This document shows positions 39,316 through 53,799 of a stretch of 64,000 bases of DNA, one piece after another. Source of the DNA: the human T2T-CHM13v2.0 reference genome, Homo sapiens; NCBI RefSeq assembly GCF_009914755.1, contig NC_060926.1; one strand, written 5' to 3'. A program made the position numbers and the translations under genes. The notes beneath the pieces were generated by a model. That model saw only the letters and a program-made list of their open reading frames with translations. It was not told the DNA's origin and made no database searches. The first letter of the stretch is position 1; each line of letters begins with the position of its first letter.

Positions 39316-39610
39316 AACCAGGCAAGGTGGCTCATACCTGTAATCCTAGCACTTTGGGAAACTGAAGTGGGCAGATCATTTGAGCTCACGAGTTCGAGAC
39401 CAGCCTGGGTGACATGGCAAAACCTTGTCTTTACAAAAATTACAAAAAACTAGCTGAGCATGGTGGTGTGCACCTGTAGTCCCAGCTACGTAGGAGGCTG
39501 AGGTGGGAGGGTCACCTGAGGCTGGGAAGTCGAGGCTGCAGTGAGCCCTGATTATACCACTGCGCTCCAGCCTGGGTGACAGAGTGAGACCCTGTCTCAA
39601 AATAAATAAA
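39316..39610 (+). mobile_element. AluJ
   Basis: Alu dimer with TSD-like aata(a/g)tgatta on both flanks. Confidence 0.95.
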
Positions 39611-39787
39611 TAGTGATTAAATAGGTGTTAAAAATCTAAGTGATTCTTAATACCTCTTTGTAATCTCTGCTGCTTGGAGAAACAGGATCACCTGTCAAAA
39701 CTGTATGTGAATTACATTTCAATAAAGCAAAGATGATGTAAGGATCACTTTCCTTGGCATTTATTCCACAGCTGAATAGCTTACAGC

Positions 39788-40110
39788 TGTATTAGTCAAC
39801 TTTGCTGCAGTAACACGCAACCACAACATATCAGTGGCTTGTGCAATAAGTGCTTACTTCTCACTCATGGGTCTACATGTTTATGGTGACTCTTCTGGGC
39901 TCTGCTTGCCTCCGTTTGGCTTGGCTCCAGTCTGCAGCTTGGGCTAAGTCATTCAGCATCCAGGCCAAAGATAAAGCTACTATCTGGCATACATTATTCT
40001 CATGGTGGCTCACAGAACTTCAAGAGGCTGGAGAAAAGTTGCAATGACTCAAAACGTGTGTACTTAAATTGGTATAAATCATGTCAGCTCATATTCTGTT
40101 GGCCAAAGCA
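39788..40110 (-). mobile_element. Old MLT1 (J/K-like) LTR
   Basis: tgtattagtca...gctgcagtaaca...tcagtggctt...cttctcactcatg. Confidence 0.6.
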
Positions 40111-40701
40111 AGTCGCTTTGCTTCATCTGAGCCTGGGATCTAAGATCTGTGCCTGTGCTTCTTCCGTAACAGGAAACAGTGATTTGATGGTTAGTATACA
40201 GTTTACCCCAGTAGGGCATGACCCAAGTACTACAAAAGATTGGACTGCTCTGGCATCTTACCAGAATCTCTGAGCTGAGTGGGTATATATTTCAAAAAAG
40301 TGCCAGGTGTTTCTTACACTCTTCTTAATCCTCCAGTGGAGATATATTTTCATTGTCTTCTCATTTAAAACTCACCAGTGCAATGTAGTATTTAACTATT
40401 TAGAAAAATGTTCATCATGTATCTCTCCTGGTTTCAAAATATTTCATAAATATGGTCCTTAAATTATGAATATAGAAAATTTAATTGTTTTTCTGCGCGA
40501 TAGGACAAATCACTTTATATTCTTACTTTTCTTAATTTTACATACATTTAATGAAATTTTCTAATTAAAATATATAGAAACGTAAAAAAGTACCACACTA
40601 ATCAAAGATGTTAACAATGAGGGAAACAGGGGAGGAGGGAGGTAGTGAGGGGGTGTAAAAGAACTATCTGTACTTTCTATTGAATTTTTATGTAAACCTG
40701 A

Positions 40702-41013
<312 letters not shown>

Positions 41014-41956
41014 TGAAAATTCTTACAAAAACAACAGTCCATTCGTTTTTTAAAAAAATGAGACTATGTCAAAGGGGCACATAATTCATCTTCAGGGCTC
41101 CCAGTAGGTAAATCTGGGAAAATTTGAACATAAATGAATAATTAGAGGAATAAACAAATTGAATAAAATAGAAATACATGATTTCATACAAATTTAAGTA
41201 GATAAAGTAGATAAATGAATGAAAAAGTGGGCAAATGAATTAACAGGAAGCCCTTCCTTACAATAGAATGCTGGATAATAAATGCCAAAGAAGTAGGAAT
41301 GACGTAAACAGAAAATCTCCTTGTAGCAGCCATCACAGTAGCAGCTGATTTGGGTGAATGTTCTTTGAGGGGACTGTGCTGGTGAGTACAGGTTTGATGA
41401 GGAACAGGTTATTGACATAATATCACCCTAGAAAATGCTAATAAATTAAAAAGGGGGGAAATGATGGCTTTACAATGGAGAAACCTGGCAGGCACCAACA
41501 TGACCAGGTGACCAAAGTGAATAAGAGGGGCAAGCATCACATGCCTTTCATGTAATACACAGAGGAGAACACAACATCCTTCCAGTGGGATTTTTACCAG
41601 GAAAGCATGACCTGAATCTGCCCACGTGTGAGGAAATGCTGGACGTCGGCTTGGGGTCATCCTTGCCATGTAGGAGAAGACTGAGGAGACATGAGAATTA
41701 ATGCAATGCACATTCCTGTATGGGATTCTGGGTCAGAGAGAAAAATGAGATATTGTAGCACAGTTGTGAAATTTGAATGGGATCTCTAGATTGGATGGGA
41801 ATGTGGCTACCATGTTGGTATTCAGACATGGGGAGTTGGAGGATGGTTACAATTTGGGCAAATACATACTGGAGAATTTAGGAATGATGGAGCTTCATGT
41901 CTCTGCCCTGCCTTCAAATGGTTTAAGAAAAACAAACCATAGATAATGGATATGTC

Positions 41957-41958
<2 letters not shown>

Positions 41959-41994
<36 letters not shown>
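41959..41994. repeat. (CA)n microsatellite
   Basis: Read directly. Confidence 0.97.
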
Positions 41995-41998
<4 letters not shown>

Positions 41999-43119
41999 GA
42001 TAAAGTGAGTGAAGGAGAGGATGTGGTAAAATTTTAAGTCCTGGGGAATCTCAGTGAAGGAAACATGGATGTGCTTTGAATATGGAGCTCTAGAACCTCC
42101 AAGGAGCAGAGACAGAAGTGTCTGGACTAGCGTGGAATCCCCCATGGAGGTCAGCTTGCCTTGAGCCTGAAGAAATGGTTAGTATCAGAAAAGAGGGAAG
42201 GTTCTAGCAGAGACAAACAATGTGAGCAAAGTCTTGGCCTTAGAGTCAGGAACAAACATGGCATGAAGAGGAAACAGTAAGAAGACTGACTTGCCGAGGG
42301 TAAGCGTGGTGGGCTTCATGGTGGGGGGAGTGGGTAGAAAGGTGTGGTACATCACTGTCATTTGCCAGTGACCACCACTCCATTTTCTTCAAGGATCTGC
42401 CTGCCCTCTATTCCATGTGATCCCCAGAATGTGTCTGAGACTGACACTGAGACTGGCTTATCTTCCAGTCCATCTTTCTGGAAAAAGTAGTGTGTGCAGA
42501 GGTGGTTTCACGACCCAAGGAGGACACAATCCGTGCACTCCTCTGGTTTTGCTGGGAAGGTGCTCGGGCAAGACCCTGGGCCAGAAAAGATTGAAGGAAA
42601 TGAATCTGAGCTTTCCAGAAGCTGTTTTCCTCATTGCTGAGAATAATGTTATTCCAAACATTGCAGAACTTACAGAAATTTCAAATGTACATAAAAGTGC
42701 CTCTCCTATTTTGTAATACTATCCTTCTTCTTCTCAGTGCAGGCTGACCTCCTTCCCGGGGAGCTCCTAGCCAGTCTGGAGGCTTCATTCTCCTGTTTCC
42801 CTAAGTTTCTATAGCCTTTGTTGCTTCTGTGTCTGCTACCTTTTTAAATTCTTAAGTTTATCTGGCCTTGTATTATTTTTTAGCGATTTTATATGCACAT
42901 GCCTTTGTTTTCTTAATTCTATTGTGGATTCCTAGAGAGTGGTTGGTAAATATCTTGCAATTACATAATTGAAATGCTTGATAAGAAAAAAGGAATGTCC
43001 TTTGGCTGAGGACAAAGGTGGCTGGATTTATCAATAGATAATATAAACAAAGCTATTTAAGAAACTCCCCGTGTGTAAAATAAGCAAGTATTGCTTTCAT
43101 TATTTATCCTGCCATTCTT

Positions 43120-43414
43120 TTTCTTTTTTTATTTTGAGACAAAGTCTCTCTCTGTCATCAGGCTGGAGTGCTGTGCTGCGATGTCCACTCACTGCAACCT
43201 CTGACTCCCTGGTTCAAGCGATTCTCCTGCCTCAGCCTCCCGAGTAGCTGGGATGACATGTATGCACCACCATGCCCAGCTAATTTTTGTATTTTTAGTA
43301 GAGGCAGGGTTTCACCATGTTGGCCAGGATGGTCTCGATCTCCAGACTTCGTGATCTGCCTGCCTTGGCCTCCCAAAGTTTTGGGATTACAGGCGTGAGC
43401 CACTGTGCCTGGCC
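43120..43414 (-). mobile_element. AluSc-like with TSD
   Basis: TSD cctgc(c/g)attctt at 43108-43119 and 43415-43426. Confidence 0.95.
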
Positions 43415-44789
43415 CCTGCGATTCTTAATCATGCATTTACTTATTCCCACCCATCTCTAAATTCTCTTACGTTGCTATTCTCTCTGATGTAGACAGCAAG
43501 CTCCTGGGAGGCAAAGGATCTTTCAGTTCTATTGATCCTCAGTAGCACATTGTATTGATGCTGAGAGGAGACTGTCAGTGAAGGTGAAATGCTTATGCTG
43601 GGAATGACCTGGATAATAGCTGGGTGAAAGAAAAAGCTGTTCTAAGCCAACCCATGCCAAAGCTGCAAGAAGTCAAACTGCAGACACTTCACTATTCACC
43701 TTTGTTATTGATACCGTATCGTTTGGCCTGGAAGCATTTCAAATTAGGAAGTGGGCTATTAAGGGAAATAGTTGTTCCTACTAATGCCACGTAGACAAGT
43801 TCTATGGCAGGGCTTTGCGCTAGCAATCACAGGTAAAATGACACGAGTGTATTATTTTAGCTAGCACAGATTGTAGACAGATTCTCCCTAATATGTTAGA
43901 AAGGCCTCCTTATAATCTCATGATAGAATCATTCACTTCCTAGATGCCTTGGGCCAGACAAGAGCTGGGCTAGAGTCTATTTTATTCCTTACATGTGTTT
44001 CTATACATCACCATGGTTTAAACCATAGAGAATATATGCAGATACAATTTTGAACATTCTTCAAGAGGAGAACGGCAGCTCTGGATGAAGACGTTGCACC
44101 TTCATCCTTCATAACTTCCTTCATAACATATCCTTCATAAACTAATAAAAGAACAGTTTATTAAAAAACTGTTCTTTTTTAATACAGAGGATTTACAATT
44201 TAATTTGAATCATGGGATTAGAAAGGCCAAAATTGCATAATAAAAGGGAGTTCTCATCATAGAAGATGTCATTTCAAGAAAAGAAAAGTACTGTATTCTT
44301 AAATGTAAAAAGATATCTAATCATCAATATCATTAGCAATGCCATTAACTGTCCTTTTTTTCCCCCAGCAGAGAGGAAAAGAACACCTTTATAAAACAAA
44401 ACATTCATAACTAATGAAATCACAACTGAAGGACATACACCATTAATTACTTAGTGATCCCAGATGAATGAAGGAAAGCATTTGCTCTTCAGTTGTGTGT
44501 AAAATTAAAGGGAGAATATACCAGGTGCTTGGGGATGTGCAGATAACCTTAAATAAATACATCCTTAATAAATCTCATGATCAACTTCACAGGCACCTTC
44601 CCAGGATCTGAGCCGAGCCTCTCTCAGGGCTTTTGGAGTGAAACTAGAACATGAGCTCCTCTACCAGGTGTGGCTTCGTCAGAGATTATTATTGATCATT
44701 CATTTTTATCTCTTGGCATAAAATACACATGAAGAATGGGGACTTGAATGTATGAGTGAATGCTCTGTAACAGGATGTGTTTATTCATT

Positions 44790-45450
44790 TCTTTTTCAAT
44801 TTACATGCAACAAAATTCACTCTCTGTGCTGTTCCACTTTATAAGTTTTGACAAATGAATGAATGACCACGATCAAAATACAGAAACGTTCCATCATGGC
44901 CCCAAATTCCTTTGGGCTGGCTCTTTGTCATTAACTCCTTCTCCCATTCCCAAACTGATTTTCACCACTCTGCATTTGTGCCTTTTGTAGATTCTTACGT
45001 AAGTGGAATAATATAGTCTATAGCCTCTTTACTTTTTTCACTTAGCAAAATGCATTTGACAATCAGCCCTTTTTATTGCTGAGTAATAATCTATGAATGT
45101 ACTATAGCTTTTTATTCATTTACCCATAGAAAGATATTTGGTTTTCTCCCGATTTTTTTTTTCCAATTAGAGATAAGGCTGCTGTCAACATTCACTTCCC
45201 GGTTTTTGTGTGAACATAAGATTTCATTTCTCTTGGGTAAATGCCTGGGAGTGGGATTGATGGGCTATATAGCAAGCCTGTGTCTATGTTTTAAAAAATT
45301 GCCAAACAATTTTTAAAGTGGCTCTACAATTTTGCATTTACCCCAGCAGGCACAGTGTATAAAAATTTCAGTTTTTTCACCTCTTTTCCAGCACTTGGTA
45401 ATATTAACTTAAAATCATTTTTTAATACATGAGTAGTGGTGTCTCATTGG
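44790..45450 (-). mobile_element. Old L1M fragment
   Basis: aatttacatgcaacaaaattcac...gtttttgtgtgaacataagatttcatttctcttgggtaaatgcctgggagtggg...gtagtggtgtctcatt. Confidence 0.8.
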
Positions 45451-45644
45451 TGAGAGAGATGTCGCTTTAGAATTAATAAAGTACTCTGTGTATGTGTGTG
45501 GACATATATTTTACTGAAATTCTGTTGCATTTTATAATTGATTATATCTTATTTCAATAAAAATGGTAATGTCATTTTCACCTTTTTAACCATTTCTTTC
45601 TCTTTAGGAACTTGCAGGAATCAGTAACTTAAAAGTTATTGAGA

Positions 45645-45950
<306 letters not shown>

Positions 45951-46174
45951 ACATTAAGAGAGGAGAGCAAAGAAGCCAACTTTGCCTCTCTTCATTTACT
46001 AATCTTCAGGATCACAAATCTGGCCTGTACTGGTAAATGAGAGACAAAACTTTATATTGCATGAAAGGCTGAGGTTTTGATATTAAAATTGACTGCAATT
46101 TTTAACACCTAAAAATGAGAATGTTTGTTAATATCTAAAAGTGATAAGTTGTGGGACTGTGTTTTATTGGTGAG

Positions 46175-46591
46175 TGTGATGACTAATTTTATGTGTCAAC
46201 TTGACGAGGCTAAGGGATATGCAGATACCTGGTAAAACACTATTCCGGTGTGTCTGGGAGGGAGTTTCTGGAAGAGATTAGCATTTCAATCAGTGGACTA
46301 AGTAAGGAAGATCCGCTCTCACCAATGCGGGAGGGCATCATCCAATCTGTTGAAAGCCCAACTACAACAAAAAGGCAGAGGAAGAACAAATGTATTCTCT
46401 CTGACCTGGGACATCCACTCTCTCCTGCCCTTAAATATTGGTGCTATTGGTTCTTGTGCCTTTGAACTTGGACTGAATGACACCCTGGCTTCCCTGGCTC
46501 TCCAGCTTGTAGAGGGTAGATTGTGTGACTTCACAGCCTCCATGATGATACAAGCCAATTATCATAACAAATCTATCATCTATCTGTCTGT

Positions 46592-46623
<32 letters not shown>

Positions 46624-46887
46624 TTATTATCTATCATCTATCTAATCTATTATCCTATCTTTCTATCATCTATCTATTATCTATCATCTATCTTATCTAT
46701 TATCCTATCTTTCTCTCATCCATCTATCTCTATCATCAGTCATCTATCATGTATCATCTATCAACTATCATCTATCTACTCTATTTTATCTACCTATCTA
46801 TCCATCAATCCATCTATCCATCATCTATCTATTTATTTATCATTTCTCCTATTGGTTTTATTTATTTGGGGAAGTCTGAATAATGCA
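46175..46887 (+). mobile_element. MLT2 (ERVL) solo LTR with expanded internal (TCTA)n
   Basis: TGTGATGACTAATTTTATGTGTCAACTTGAC...TCCTATTGGTTT...TAATGCA. Flanks gtgag/gtgaa. Confidence 0.88.
46570..46840. repeat. Degenerate (TCTA/TCA)n repeat
   Basis: Read directly. Confidence 0.95.
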
Positions 46888-47381
46888 GTGAAAAGATATT
46901 ACAGAGCAGGTTTGAAGGCAGTGGTAGAAAATAATTAAATTTTAAATTACTTTTCACCTAACATGGTCTTTCTGGTATGTTTAAAAAATAAGTTAATGAA
47001 TAAATGCATCAATGCTCTGGAGTTTGGATGGTGTTCAACAAAGACATGACGTATACCAAATTGATCCCTAAAATAAACATTGACATTCCTTCATTATAAA
47101 ACATGACCTAAACTTCTGAGGAGGAACTGTGACTGGATTTTCTTCATCTCCTAATACATGGCTGCTTTATAAACACATTTCCCGGTAGACATCCTCCGCA
47201 AGTGAGTGATAAATAAATGAGGCAATGGAAATCTACTGCTGTGAGAGTCGAGATTAGGCACCTGACTGTTTGCTAAATAAGTCGGCCTGGTGGAACTCTG
47301 CTCATATCAAGCTCCTTGCCAGAGACATGTTGTATCCATCTCCCCTTCATGAAACTGCCTCGTATTTCTTCTGTATTTCTA

Positions 47382-47801
<420 letters not shown>

Positions 47802-48622
47802 TCATAGTCTAGCCCACAACTGGGTAGGTGTTGTGTTTCTTTAGCAAATTTAGGTTGGTTGATGAAAACAAATACCTTTGAAATTCTGATACTTACAGCA
47901 TATTTTTTATAATAACAATAGTAAATGTGTTAACTAATCAGTTAATCTGGCCATAATTTATGAATTATTAAAGAGAAAGAAAATAAAGCTTTATCTAGTA
48001 CCTGCCGTGTGCCCAGCAGGTACTGGGTGTTTTCTTATTTTTCCCTCATGTTAATGTTTCAAGTATGTATCATCATCCCTTTACACATAGTACAAAAATA
48101 AATAATAAAACCAAAGCCATCCCCTCAGTGTGTTTATTACTTTACAAATTCATGCTGTATGCTACGTCTTGCAGATTATGAACTAAAACGGGCCCCTACC
48201 ACAAAGTCTAGTGTATGGTAAGCATTTAGAATATATTTATCAAGTCAATCAATAAATAAAAATTAATTAACTTTTTTAATACACTGAGTTATATTGTCCG
48301 CTTTCTTACTGGAATAGATTGTGAGATATTGTATTGTTTACTTTGTCTGTTACCAATATCATGTAAGAACAAACCAAACCAAACCTATTATACTATAGCT
48401 GGAATCAGGGAACCAAGAGACCCATGAGAACCAGAAGAGAAGGCGTGTACGAAAGTGCTATAGAAATAGAAACTATTTTAATTTCATTTCTCATTTTTGC
48501 CCATGTGTCAGGTAGGTAGTTGTTTCTAAGGAGCCATCCAAGAGGCCCCATAGGCATACTGTTTAAGGGGGCCTCACAGTGAATTCTTTTGTGAAACAAA
48601 GAAATCTCTCTCCTCTCATTGC

Positions 48623-48625
48623 TTC

Positions 48626-48656
<31 letters not shown>

Positions 48657-48657
48657 C
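48623..48657. repeat. (CT)n microsatellite
   Basis: Read directly. Confidence 0.9.
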
Positions 48658-48923
48658 ATCCCCCCACTCTTTCTTCATTCAACATATTTTGTGGACCCAA
48701 AGGCAATGTCCAGGGCTCAGGATGCTGAGATGAAAAGTCAAGATCTCCACCCTCCAGAAGTTTAGATAGATAGAATAAATAAATCAGCAATCCATATTTC
48801 AGATTTTTGCATACTGGCATTTCTCAAGGCAGAGCCCAGAGAGACAAGCTGCCTTCGTGCTGTCGGCACTCTCCCTTTCTGGCTCGCTCATTCTTTGTTT
48901 TTGGCTCCAACTAGATGCACGTC

Positions 48924-48977
48924 TGTGTGTGTGTGTGTGTGTGTCTGTGTGTGCGTGTGTGTGTCTGTGTGTGTGTG
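48924..48977. repeat. (TG)n microsatellite
   Basis: Read directly. Confidence 0.95.
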
Positions 48978-50417
48978 TTTTAAAGTGCAGTGAACTGCAC
49001 CGTGAAGTTCTTTTTCTCTGCAGATTTGGTAGGTGTCACATCTCAGCCAACACAGCCCACCTGCTCCAATCTCTGTTTCATCTTTAACAACTGGTGTTTT
49101 TAACAGTGGTGCTGACTCTGGCTTAGCTGCTGAAGCACGAAGCAACCACAGAGGTCTGAGTTACCTAGACCCTTGAGGGGAGCATGGAGCCAGCTGTCCT
49201 AGAGATGGTGGCCAGATTTCCTGCCAGTCAGAAGAAAGAAAGGGCTCGGACCTAGCATGCCTCTCCTGGGGAAACAAGAAAACACAAGAAAATGATGGAA
49301 CTGTGGGTGTGCTTTTGTAAAAAAGTATAAAGCAGTGAAAACCTTCTCAGTATGCAGGTGTGCATCTAGCATTTCAGTTCTACTCTTGCATGTTTTCACA
49401 GGAAATTTCAGTGCTTTTTTTTAAGGGAAGTAATTTATGAGACAATGACGTGTTCCCTGGTGTCTGTGTGACCCCTTTTGAGGGACACTGTGGGTGGCTC
49501 TCAGGCCCTAGAAGGACTCTCTGGAGCCTGAGGAGTGGTGCCACTATTCAATAACTTACAAGTTTGGTCAGATAGAAATTTGTGAGAATCTTAACTAGAG
49601 GTGATGCTGTGAACTCTGGAGACCCATGTTGCTGTGGCTGGCACCCTCCCTGCCTGGGGTGAGAGCCTTCTCAGCCTGCCTGTCCTTGTTCCTTGCTTCT
49701 CTGAGGGCATCACTGAGCCCTCTTCTTGTCTTTTCCTGACTCCAGCACCAGCTTCTTAGGTCAGCTGCCCACTGTGCTGGGGTAGCACTGGAGTTCCTTA
49801 GAAGGATTTTGTTTCTTGTTCTCTCAATGGGCTTATGATAAATTTGATTCCACATACCATCAAAACAGTATAGCCATGGGGCTTGCCGTGACCAGTGAAA
49901 TGTCACAATCATAAGGCAAAATAGAGCACATCACTTATGGGGAAAAAACTTAAAAATCTAGCATGTGCTTTGCCACACTCTTTTCCTTCTTCCACAGTAA
50001 CCAGCAATGTCCCAGGTAGAAACTGTTCTTTCACCCAGAGTACTAGAGTGAAATTGTGATGATGGAGATCAGGTCCCTGCAGAAGCAGTGTGGACAATTA
50101 GCATAAAGGAGGTTTGAGTGCTTGTTGTTTAAGCCTATCCTGACCAATGCAATTACCTAATCAAACCAAGCCCATATCCCACCAGGTGTCTGAAAATGTC
50201 AGTTACTTGTTTCTTTGCCTCTCTTGCAGCTAGGCATGGGCATGTCATCCCACCTTAGCCAAAAGAATGGTGCTTCTTACAACATCCATTACTATAGTCT
50301 GGTAATGGCATTTCCAGCTAATGGTTAAACACTTCTGCAAAGTGAAATCACGCAGTCTATAAATCACTGTCCCCTGTTCTCCGGGTTAGTCCAGGAATAG
50401 ACTTGACAGTGTTTAGA

Positions 50418-50635
50418 GAAGGCTTTGACAAACTATGATTGAGGCCCCACCTGGCCCATTGTTACCTGTCTTTGCAAATAAGGTTTTTCTGGAACATCAC
50501 CATGCTCATTCATTTACTGTTTGTCCATAGCTGGTTTCCTGCTCTAATGGCAGAGTTATGTAGTAGTGACAGAGACAGTGCCCACAAGGCCAAAAATAAT
50601 TACTACCTCCACCTTTACAGAAAATGTCTGCTGGA
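50418..50635 (-). mobile_element. MER58A
   Basis: caaactatg...aaataaggtttttctggaaca...catgctcattcattta...aatggcagagtt...ctttacagaaaatgtctgc. Confidence 0.8.
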
Positions 50636-51187
50636 AGAATAATTTAAATCCTTCAAATATGTTGACTTTGTTGACCAAACTTTCAAAATGCATTTAGTAG
50701 AGATAGTTTAAGGCTATGGGTTCCTAATGTGAAGACCAGTGAACAGGTTGGCACCAAGGACTACTAGCTGGTCCTAAGCCTGGGAGGACAACATGCAACG
50801 GATCGTGTAGCCACGGGAATGTGAGTCCGCCATACTCACTGGCGTAAAAATGCAATTTGCTTTTTCTCTCTATAACCAAACTAGGTAGCTTATGAGCAAC
50901 AGAACTTATGAGCTCCACTTTTCCTTATAACAGGATATTCATCTTACCACCTCCCGCGCCTCAGGGCTTCAGTTGGAACTCAATTGCTCCCTCTTTGGAA
51001 ACAATTCAGTCAAGGTCCTTTCCATCTCACTGTTTTTTTCTGAGTCAGGTATTGCCTTGGCTCTAGATAAGGGTCTGTAGATTAAGCGCATGGTCAGCCT
51101 GGCCCCCACTTAGGTGTTCACTTTGGATGTGGGCTTCTGTTCTCCCTGTAGACGTGGCTCACTCCTTCACAACATTGCTCCATCCAG

Positions 51188-51318
51188 CGACCCCCACCTA
51201 GACCTGTAAGTTTTGCAACTCTCTTTCGGCATCCCTTGCTTCCTTGAGACAACGACCCCCACCTTCCTACACTTGTAAGTTTGCAACTTTCTTTCAGCAT
51301 CCCTTGCTTCCTTGAGAC
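51188..51318 (+). repeat. ~65-bp tandem duplication
   Basis: cgacccccacct...gcatcccttgcttccttgagac occurs twice (51188-51250, 51253-51318). Confidence 0.93.
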
Positions 51319-53156
51319 TGGGGGCCATGTTTCAGGCATGATTGCATGGATGGTAGTTGTGGGTGGGTGGAACCCATCAGCTTCCCCACACAAGACATTT
51401 GTATGGACTCTGAGAGGCTGCCCTCAGACCAAATTGCCTCAACCTACTGTTCCTGTGCCCTGGTGGATGGAGACGGGACTTCCTATGAGAATACAATCTC
51501 TCGGGAAATACTTTGGAAAGCTCCTCAGTGCCCCTCTGCTGGGGGATCTCCAAGTCATCTGGGGGTTTCATTTGTCCTGCTCTTGCACCCTCTGCGGGGC
51601 TCAGGCAGAACAGGACGGTTACAGCTCAGAGCTCTCAGAGCCCCTTTGCTTTTCAGCTGCATCTTGTCTGATCCTCCTTCCTCCAGCCAAGTGGTTGATT
51701 GTTGAGCTCCCTTTCCAGAGGTGGAAAAATTTCTTAATGCATCAACCTATGTCCTCCAAATAATGTTTTGGTATAGACTGGTGCTCTATGTCTCCAGGTT
51801 CTGGATATATTTTAGAGGAAGACTTTTCCTTCTCAAGAGCCTAGCTCATAGTATTAAAAAGTTTGGTGTTCACAATGATCATCTCTAAAATGATATCTGA
51901 GTTTACTTTGGAATGTTGGAACCCAGTGCCATTCCTATTCTAATATTCTCAGTTCTTTCTAAGGCTTAGTATATATCTGATTTGGAAAGAAGAGGACTGA
52001 ACCCCTGACCTCTAAAAGCCCACAGACGAGTGGAGGTAACAGATCTATAAACAGATGGTTGTAACATCAAAGTGACCTTTGATGATGGAGGTGCACACGT
52101 GACATCCTGTGACCAAAGAAGAGAGGTCTCAATCCTTTCCCTATCCCAAATTCACTTACAATTTTATTCCATCCCATGTGGACACATACTTCCTTAGCCC
52201 TCCCGACCCCAGTTGAAGGATTTCCCCAAAGTATTATTACATTGGAGGAAAAACAGCTACGAAGTGCTTTTGTTTATAGTTTGAAAAGCATTATGCTGGC
52301 CACTAAGTGAAGTGGAAGATGAATCAGACCTCAATGTGGGGCTGCAAACATACAAAGGTGAGGGCACAACATAGAGAAAAGGCTTTCACAGTTCAGGGTT
52401 GATTTCCATGTGAATGGGACAGACAGTAAATTGGGGGAGCCCAAAGACAGAATTGCAACCTAGAGAGAGCTTTCTGGGCATCCCCATGGAGGGAAGCCGG
52501 CTGCTTAAAACTCCTGAACTTATTCTGACAAAAGGGCACCAAACCACTCACAGTTGAGATGCCTGGGGTGGCTGAGATGCATCCCTTGATCAAGCCACTA
52601 CCTCACTCTTTACTCCTCCCTGGGTCTCTGTGTCCGCTCACCTGGGCTTATCTTACCCCCACAGGGCCTGCTTCTTGCCTGCTGGGGTCCATCCCATCTC
52701 TAGCTTCCTTCCGGACCTAAATGAGTCAGGTTTTGTTTTCAGATGTTTCTCCCCAGCTCCTGTTAAGTCTTCTTTCCTCGGCCTGGGTGTTGCTCCCATT
52801 GATTTCCTTATGAGGTTCTCCAGGCTTAGCCTCAGTGACCTCAGCCACGGCTTCGTATTCCCCGGACTTGCCTCCGCCTCTGGCCTCAACCCCAGGAAGG
52901 AAAGTGCCAAAGCCAGGATGATAAGAGGAATTTGGCTGGGTAGAAAGGATGTTGATGGGCAAATTAGCAAATTTTTGGTGCTTCCTCTGCCCTTCTTTTG
53001 CTTCAGAATGTCAATCTCAGCACGAGGCCAAACTCTTCACCTTCTGAAGATGTCCAAGGGTCAGCCACATGGTGTTGCTTCTTTGCTATAGACCTTCTTA
53101 AGGAGCCATAAAACATGGACTGTTTTTATTACCTAGGAAGGCTTAGAAATCCCTCT

Positions 53157-53457
53157 GACCGGCTGGATGGTTCACGCTTGTAATCCTGGCATTTTGGGAG
53201 GCCAAGGTGGGCGAATCACGAGGTCAGGAGTTCGAGACCAGCCTGGCCAACATGGTGAAACCCCGTATCTACTAAAGATACAAAAAATTAGCTGGGCGTG
53301 GTGGCACATGCCTGTAATCCCAGCTACTCAGGAGGATGGGGCATGAGAATCACTTGAACCTGGGAGGTGGAGGTTGCAGTGAGCCAAGATGGTGCCACTG
53401 CACCCCAGCCTGGGTGACAGGGTGAGACTCCATCTCAAAAAAAAAAGAAAAGAAAAA
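53157..53457 (+). mobile_element. AluS with 15-bp TSD
   Basis: AGAAATCCCTCTGAC at 53145-53159 and 53458-53472. Confidence 0.96.
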
Positions 53458-53619
53458 AGAAATCCCTCTGACTAAACATATTAATGTCTTTTCCTTTGAT
53501 AGAGCCTGACTCTGAGTTGGAAGAGATGGAAACATCTAAAACATCTAAAACATTCCATTGTACAGATGGATGAGGCCTAGATAAAGAGAATTGAAATGAC
53601 TTATCCCGGACATAAAGTC

Positions 53620-53799
53620 AATACTGGTTTCAAACTTGACTACATATTGTATTCACTCGAGGAACATTACAAATGCTGCTTCGAGGGTCCCGACCACATA
53701 GATTCTGACCTAATTGGTTTGGGGGCGCTGCACGGGCACCGAGGATTTCTAAAGCTTCCCAGGTGGTTCTCACATGCAGACAGTGCTGAAAATCCCTGA
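53620..53799. mobile_element. MER5-type hAT element
   Basis: tcaaacttg...agattctgacctaattggtttggg...aagcttcccaggtggttctcacatgcag...tgaaaatccctg. Confidence 0.7.

Noticed and set aside
46350-46883. 177-aa ORF
   Set aside because: Open only because of the stop-free TCTA repeat inside an LTR.
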